DNA from: Acidobacteriota bacterium
GTDB lineage: Bacteria > Acidobacteriota > UBA6911 > RPQK01 > JAJDTT01
DNA length: 64,000 nucleotides
NCBI GenBank assembly: GCA_965263035.1
Contig: OZ253580.1
Location: 4,352,001-4,416,000, forward strand
Direction of reading: 5' to 3'
Of the stretch, positions 59,797-64,000 are shown one piece after another (the first letter of the stretch is position 1; each line of letters begins with the position of its first letter). Below the pieces are notes generated by a model. It was given only the letters and a program-made list of their open reading frames with translations. It ran no database searches and was not told the DNA's origin. A program made the position numbers and the translations under genes.

Positions 59797-61152
59797 TCAA
59801 ACCTTTTCCGGAACCTCGAACGGCTTTCGGTACTCGCGCCGCAGCAGCCGGTTCGCCTCCTCGTCTCCCGGGATGGACTCGTTGGCCGGATCGAAACGGA
59901 TTTCCCGTCCCACGCGGTGGGAGATGTTGGCCAGTTCGCAGAAGATGCCTGACCGGTGGGTCACTTCGATGTCCGCCGTCAGGACGCTTCTGTCTCCCGC
60001 CCGCAGCGCATTGATGAAGTTCTGGTAGTGCCCCCAGCCCTCCAGATCCGGCTGGGGAGGCTCGGCCTTCTTGTTCCGGCCCAGAAAGACCTGGTAGTCG
60101 CAGCCGGCGCCCTTCTTCTGGATCCGGTGTTTCATGTGGATGTAGCCTTCGGTGCCGTACAGGTCCCAAGTGAACTCGGCCATCCACTGCAGCCTGGGCT
60201 CAGGATAGATGGCGCGCCGGGGTACGACGCGGCCATGGTCCGAGTAGAGATTGCGCAGATCGCAGGTGAGAAGAGTCCCGTCCTGGAACTCGAAGGTGGT
60301 CCGGTGCGTATTGGGGGTTTCGGCCTGGTCCTTCTCCCCGAAACGGCCTCCCGCCGAGTGGGCCCGGACCGGGACGTCCTGGCCCATGATCCAGCGGCAG
60401 ATGTCGATGATGTGGATCCCGTTGTTGCCCATCTCCCCGTTGCCGAAGTCCCAGAACCAGTGCCAGTTGTAGTGCACCAGGTTCCGGTGGAAAGGCTGCT
60501 CCGGCGCCGGTCCCAACCAGAGGTTCCAGTCCAGCCAGGAGGGGGGCGGCTCGGGAGTCTTGAAGCCCAACGGGTCCCGGGGCCGGGGGAATTCGCAGCG
60601 CGCCCAGTAGACCTGGCCGATCACCCCGTCCCGGACCAGTTGGGCCACCTTGCGGAAGGAACCGCTGGAGCGGCGATTGGTTCCCCCCTGGACGATGCGG
60701 TCGTACTTGCGGGCGGCCTCCACCAGCTTGCGGCCCTCCCAGACATTGTGGGCGATGGGCTTTTCCACGTAGACGTGCTTACCGGCCTGGCAGGCCCAGA
60801 TTCCAGCCAGGGCGTGCCAGTGATTGCAGGTGGCGATGGTGACGGCGTCGATGGAGGAGTCGTCCATGATCCGTCTCAGGTCCTTCTCTGTCCGCGGCCT
60901 CTTGCCGCTGATTTTTTGAGCCTGATCCGCCTTCTCGAGGGCCCGCCGTTCGTCCACGTCGCAGACCACGGCCAACTCCACACCCTCGTTGTCCAGAATC
61001 TCTTCCACCAGGCGCCGGCCGCGGCCGCCCGCCCCGATCAGGGCCACCCGAATGCGATCGTTGGCGCGGGCCCAGGCTCCGGCGGTACCGATCAGGGAGG
61101 CTCCCGCCCAGGTGGAGGACTTGAGGAACTGACGGCGCTTCACTTCGGCCAT
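59797..61152 (-). CDS. Tat-exported Gfo/Idh/MocA oxidoreductase
   Basis: KRRQFLK, IGAGGRG, YVEKP, WNLWLGPAP, GEMGNNGIH. Confidence 0.92.
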   Translation of the reverse strand: MAEVKRRQFLKSSTWAGASLIGTAGAWARANDRIRVALIGAGGRGRRLVEEILDNEGVELAVVCDVDERRALEKADQAQKISGKRPRTEKDLRRIMDDSSIDAVTIATCNHWHALAGIWACQAGKHVYVEKPIAHNVWEGRKLVEAARKYDRIVQGGTNRRSSGSFRKVAQLVRDGVIGQVYWARCEFPRPRDPLGFKTPEPPPSWLDWNLWLGPAPEQPFHRNLVHYNWHWFWDFGNGEMGNNGIHIIDICRWIMGQDVPVRAHSAGGRFGEKDQAETPNTHRTTFEFQDGTLLTCDLRNLYSDHGRVVPRRAIYPEPRLQWMAEFTWDLYGTEGYIHMKHRIQKKGAGCDYQVFLGRNKKAEPPQPDLEGWGHYQNFINALRAGDRSVLTADIEVTHRSGIFCELANISHRVGREIRFDPANESIPGDEEANRLLRREYRKPFEVPEKV

Positions 61153-61177
61153 GGTCATTCTCCCGGAGGGGTGTGGC

Positions 61178-62293
61178 TCAGACCCGCTGGCTGAGGCCGG
61201 TCTCCGCTGCCTGGTAGGCACCGAATACGACTTTCAGGACGTGGAGCGAATCCTCCCCCGTGAGCGGCGGATTCCCCTTGCCGTGGCCCAGGTCCACCAG
61301 GGATTGGACCAGGGGATAGTAGCTGCTCGGTTCGGTCTCGAAGTCATGGGACCGGATTCCCCGGGGAGCGTCCGGATGAGTGGAGTACCATTGCACGGAA
61401 CCCTTCAAGAGGTTCATCCGGAGCCAACCTTGGGAACCCCAGAGGGTGACGCCCAGGTGATACCCCCGGTCCAGGTAGTATCCGCCGTGGTACGTTCCCA
61501 CCATCCCCTTCTTGAACCGGAGGGCCAGGGCCACCGAATCCTCGATTTCCACCGGTTGTCCCCCCACGTTTCGGGTAACCGCGGCCACCTGCTCGATCCG
61601 GTCGCCGGTGAGGTATTGCACCAAGTCCAGGTAGTGGATCCCCAGCCAGATGAGCTGGCCTCCTCCGGCCTTGTCTTTGAAGGCCAGCCAGGACTCGTGG
61701 TAGCGGGGCCGGGTCAAGCGGGTCTGGTCGGCGACGAAGACCAGGTGGGCGCCGAAGGGTCTGCCCAGGAATCCGGACTCCACCAGCTCCCGGGCCTTCC
61801 GGACCGCGGGATGAAGCCTCGACCCCAGGGCCAGCATCAGATTCAGCTTCCTGGAATCGGCCAGCCGGACCAGAGGCTCGAAGTCCTCGGCCCGGACGCA
61901 GGCCGGTTTTTCGGCCAGGACATGAGCGCCCGCCTCCAGGGATTTCCGGATCAGGGGGGGTGCCAGGTGGGCGGCCAGACTGATGAGGACCGCCCGCGGC
62001 TGCGCCTCCTGCAGCATCTTGCCGTGGTCCTGATACGTGGTGAGCTTCTCGCCCAGGACTTCACCGGCCCGGGCGAAGGTGGCGCCGCTCTCGTCCGACA
62101 GGGCGACGGAGGCGACTCCCTGGGCCTTGGCCAGGGCATCCAGATAAGTGCCCAGGTGAGGTCCTCTCTCCTGGGTGATGATGCCCACCGGGATGTCTTC
62201 ACCGGCCGTCCCGATCCGGGTCGCCGCCGAGAAGGCCAGGGAAGAAACCAGTGTTCCGCCGGCAGTTTTCTTGAGAAATGTTCTTCGTTTCAT
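61178..62293 (-). CDS. Tat-exported Gfo/Idh/MocA oxidoreductase, paralog of 6614 and 8845
   Basis: MKRRTFLK, GIITQERGPHL, AEKP, DQTRLTRP, GGGQLIWLGIHYLD. Confidence 0.9.
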   Translation of the reverse strand: MKRRTFLKKTAGGTLVSSLAFSAATRIGTAGEDIPVGIITQERGPHLGTYLDALAKAQGVASVALSDESGATFARAGEVLGEKLTTYQDHGKMLQEAQPRAVLISLAAHLAPPLIRKSLEAGAHVLAEKPACVRAEDFEPLVRLADSRKLNLMLALGSRLHPAVRKARELVESGFLGRPFGAHLVFVADQTRLTRPRYHESWLAFKDKAGGGQLIWLGIHYLDLVQYLTGDRIEQVAAVTRNVGGQPVEIEDSVALALRFKKGMVGTYHGGYYLDRGYHLGVTLWGSQGWLRMNLLKGSVQWYSTHPDAPRGIRSHDFETEPSSYYPLVQSLVDLGHGKGNPPLTGEDSLHVLKVVFGAYQAAETGLSQRV

Positions 62294-62356
62294 AGTGCAG
62301 GCCGTTCCGATTCTTGCCGTTCAGTCTACCATGGCGGGAGCGGCCTGCCCGGACGG

Positions 62357-64000
62357 TCAGGTTGTCTCCAACCGGACCTCTCCCGGGTCGGTCCCCAGGG
62401 TCCACTCGTCGACTCCCCGATCCGTCGCCACGATGACATTGCGAGACCCGTCGTCGCCGTGGCGGCTGGAAGCGGATCGTACCGGAGAGGGCCGGTTTTG
62501 CCCGTAGGGCACGAACACGGAGACGAACGTGGCGTCGGCGGCCGTTCGGCGCCGGATGCAGGTCGAGAGGGTTTCGGATGCCGGGTTGGACGGGGCCGAA
62601 CCCAGGAACATCCGGCCGGACGTCTCCAGCAGATATAGATCCAGGTTGCCACCCTGATGCCGCCATCGAAGCCTCGGGTTGGTCGTTTCGGGGACCTGGC
62701 CTTCCAGCCGAACGTGGGCGTAACCGCCGTCGCCGGTCAAGGGAGGGGCCGGGGACAACTCCACCGGCTCCCCGGTGCGCTTCCCGCGCACCTGACTGAC
62801 CCAGTCCAGGTCTCGAACCGTGGGGCACCGCACCTGGAGCAGGTCCACGAAGTAGTGGTCGCGCCAAAGGAGGATTCGCCGCATCTCGACTCCCGCGTAG
62901 GCCCCCTCCTCCCAGGAGACGGAGGCGTCGCAGAGCGTATACCGGTCGTCGGCTTCATACCGGTTGAACTTTCCCTCAGCCAACGGCTGGGACAAGCCGT
63001 CCACCAGAGCGGTGGCGTGGCTGGCCGTCTGCTGATACCAGGTGTCGTTGAGCTCGATGCCGTACCCGGGGGTCCCCAGGTCCGGTAACCAGGGAGACCC
63101 GTTGGCGAAGAGCTGGATCCTGAGCTGGTCGTGGTGTCCGTGAACCCCTCCGTCCGGACCCGCCTTGAAAATCAGATGACTTCCGTTCTCGCGGTCCTGT
63201 CCGCGCAGGACGGCGAAGCCCAGATCTTCCAGATGCAGACTCTTCCACTCGGGTTCCTCTCCGGACGGGATCTCCCGGGCGCCGTCCAGGAGCGCCTCGA
63301 AGCAGCTCCGGGGACGATTCTCGTAGTTCTGTTGCAGGACCCAGGCGAAAACGGGGTCGCGGAACCAGCCGTGGGCGGTCTCGTAGAAGCCGTCCGCTTC
63401 CGGGATCCCGTGACCGACTCGCTGCTGGAGGCCGATGAAGTACCAGCAATCGTTCACGGCCGGGAGCTTCAGGTCCGGGAAGGAGATGAGGATCGGCGCC
63501 AGGAACATCCGCTTGAGGATTCCGCCATCGTCGAAAGAGCGGCCCGACGCCCGCAGGATACGGAGTGTCCAGACCACCGCGTCCAGCATGTAGTAGTGGT
63601 AGCTCAGGGAGCCCTCCCACCAGATCCCGTCTCGGGAGACCCCCTGGGTGAGCTGGGGCTCCAGGCCCAGGTCGCCGCCCAGCGCCAACTCAAGCAGATC
63701 TTCGTCCTCCAGGACCAGAGCCAAGGTCGCCAATGCAGCATTGTTCCAGTTGGTGGCGTTGTGGATCTCGGGCCATCGAACTCGCCGGATGTGCTCGGAG
63801 CCGGGCCGAAACATCTGACGGGCCAACTGGTCGGCCGACCCTTCCGGGAGCGTTTCCTCCAAGAGGGCAAAGGCCCAGCACATTCGAATCAACCATACCG
63901 ACTCGTCCAGACCGGACCAGGTGACGACCCCGGGATGATTGATGTGATCCAGAGGAGGAGGCTCCATGTGCTGGTAGCGCTCGGCATAGGTCAACAGGAT
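62357..64000 (-). CDS. heparinase II/III / oligo-alginate lyase-like protein, 5' truncated by window edge
   Basis: IHNATNW, DGIWWEGSLSYHYY, HGHHD, DLGTPGY, HATALVDG; frame open to the edge. Confidence 0.82.
   Translation of the reverse strand: MLLTYAERYQHMEPPPLDHINHPGVVTWSGLDESVWLIRMCWAFALLEETLPEGSADQLARQMFRPGSEHIRRVRWPEIHNATNWNNAALATLALVLEDEDLLELALGGDLGLEPQLTQGVSRDGIWWEGSLSYHYYMLDAVVWTLRILRASGRSFDDGGILKRMFLAPILISFPDLKLPAVNDCWYFIGLQQRVGHGIPEADGFYETAHGWFRDPVFAWVLQQNYENRPRSCFEALLDGAREIPSGEEPEWKSLHLEDLGFAVLRGQDRENGSHLIFKAGPDGGVHGHHDQLRIQLFANGSPWLPDLGTPGYGIELNDTWYQQTASHATALVDGLSQPLAEGKFNRYEADDRYTLCDASVSWEEGAYAGVEMRRILLWRDHYFVDLLQVRCPTVRDLDWVSQVRGKRTGEPVELSPAPPLTGDGGYAHVRLEGQVPETTNPRLRWRHQGGNLDLYLLETSGRMFLGSAPSNPASETLSTCIRRRTAADATFVSVFVPYGQNRPSPVRSASSRHGDDGSRNVIVATDRGVDEWTLGTDPGEVRLETT

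Noticed and set aside
494-63924. Many long antisense or alternate-frame ORFs (e.g. 494-1927, 18650-20353, 42961-44529, 52196-54004, 56522-58537)
   Set aside because: Shadow ORFs of GC-rich coding sequence; they overlap well-supported genes and have no motifs

Overview
GC-rich bacterial chromosomal segment, most likely Acidobacteriota. This is an inference from the carboxypeptidase-regulatory-domain TonB receptor ending RQLQFGLKIYF, a dcw cluster running murC directly into ftsQ, a DUF1592/DUF1552 pair and many Tat-exported Gfo/Idh/MocA enzymes. Layout: (1) 1-18 kb is accessory redox/sugar catabolism: DUF1592-DUF1552, a SelA-like PLP enzyme, Zn-ADH, five Gfo/Idh/MocA, SDRs and a cyclase-family hydrolase. 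(2) 18-50 kb is housekeeping: nadK operon, dinG-like helicase, glyA, rpiB, proS, the mraZ-ftsZ dcw cluster and purF-purM-purN. (3) 50-64 kb is a candidate glycan uptake/catabolism locus: TonB receptor, SDR, PHP hydrolase, a 14-repeat FG-GAP lipoprotein, aminotransferase IV, two Gfo/Idh/MocA and a heparinase II/III-like lyase. I see no rRNA, convincing tRNA, CRISPR, transposase, phage or defence genes. The least explained signal is non-coding, with at least four families of small intergenic repeats: a 161-bp structured TIR element (3 copies), a ~160-bp TIR element (2 full copies plus eroded remnants), GTAG-type REP hairpins, and purine heptamer tracts. Several supply stop codons. A tandem of the two TIR elements appears inserted at codon 3 of a TPR gene. 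On the protein side, three paralogous Gfo/Idh/MocA enzymes share atypical cofactor-binding and catalytic motifs. All calls were made by eye; no database searches were run.
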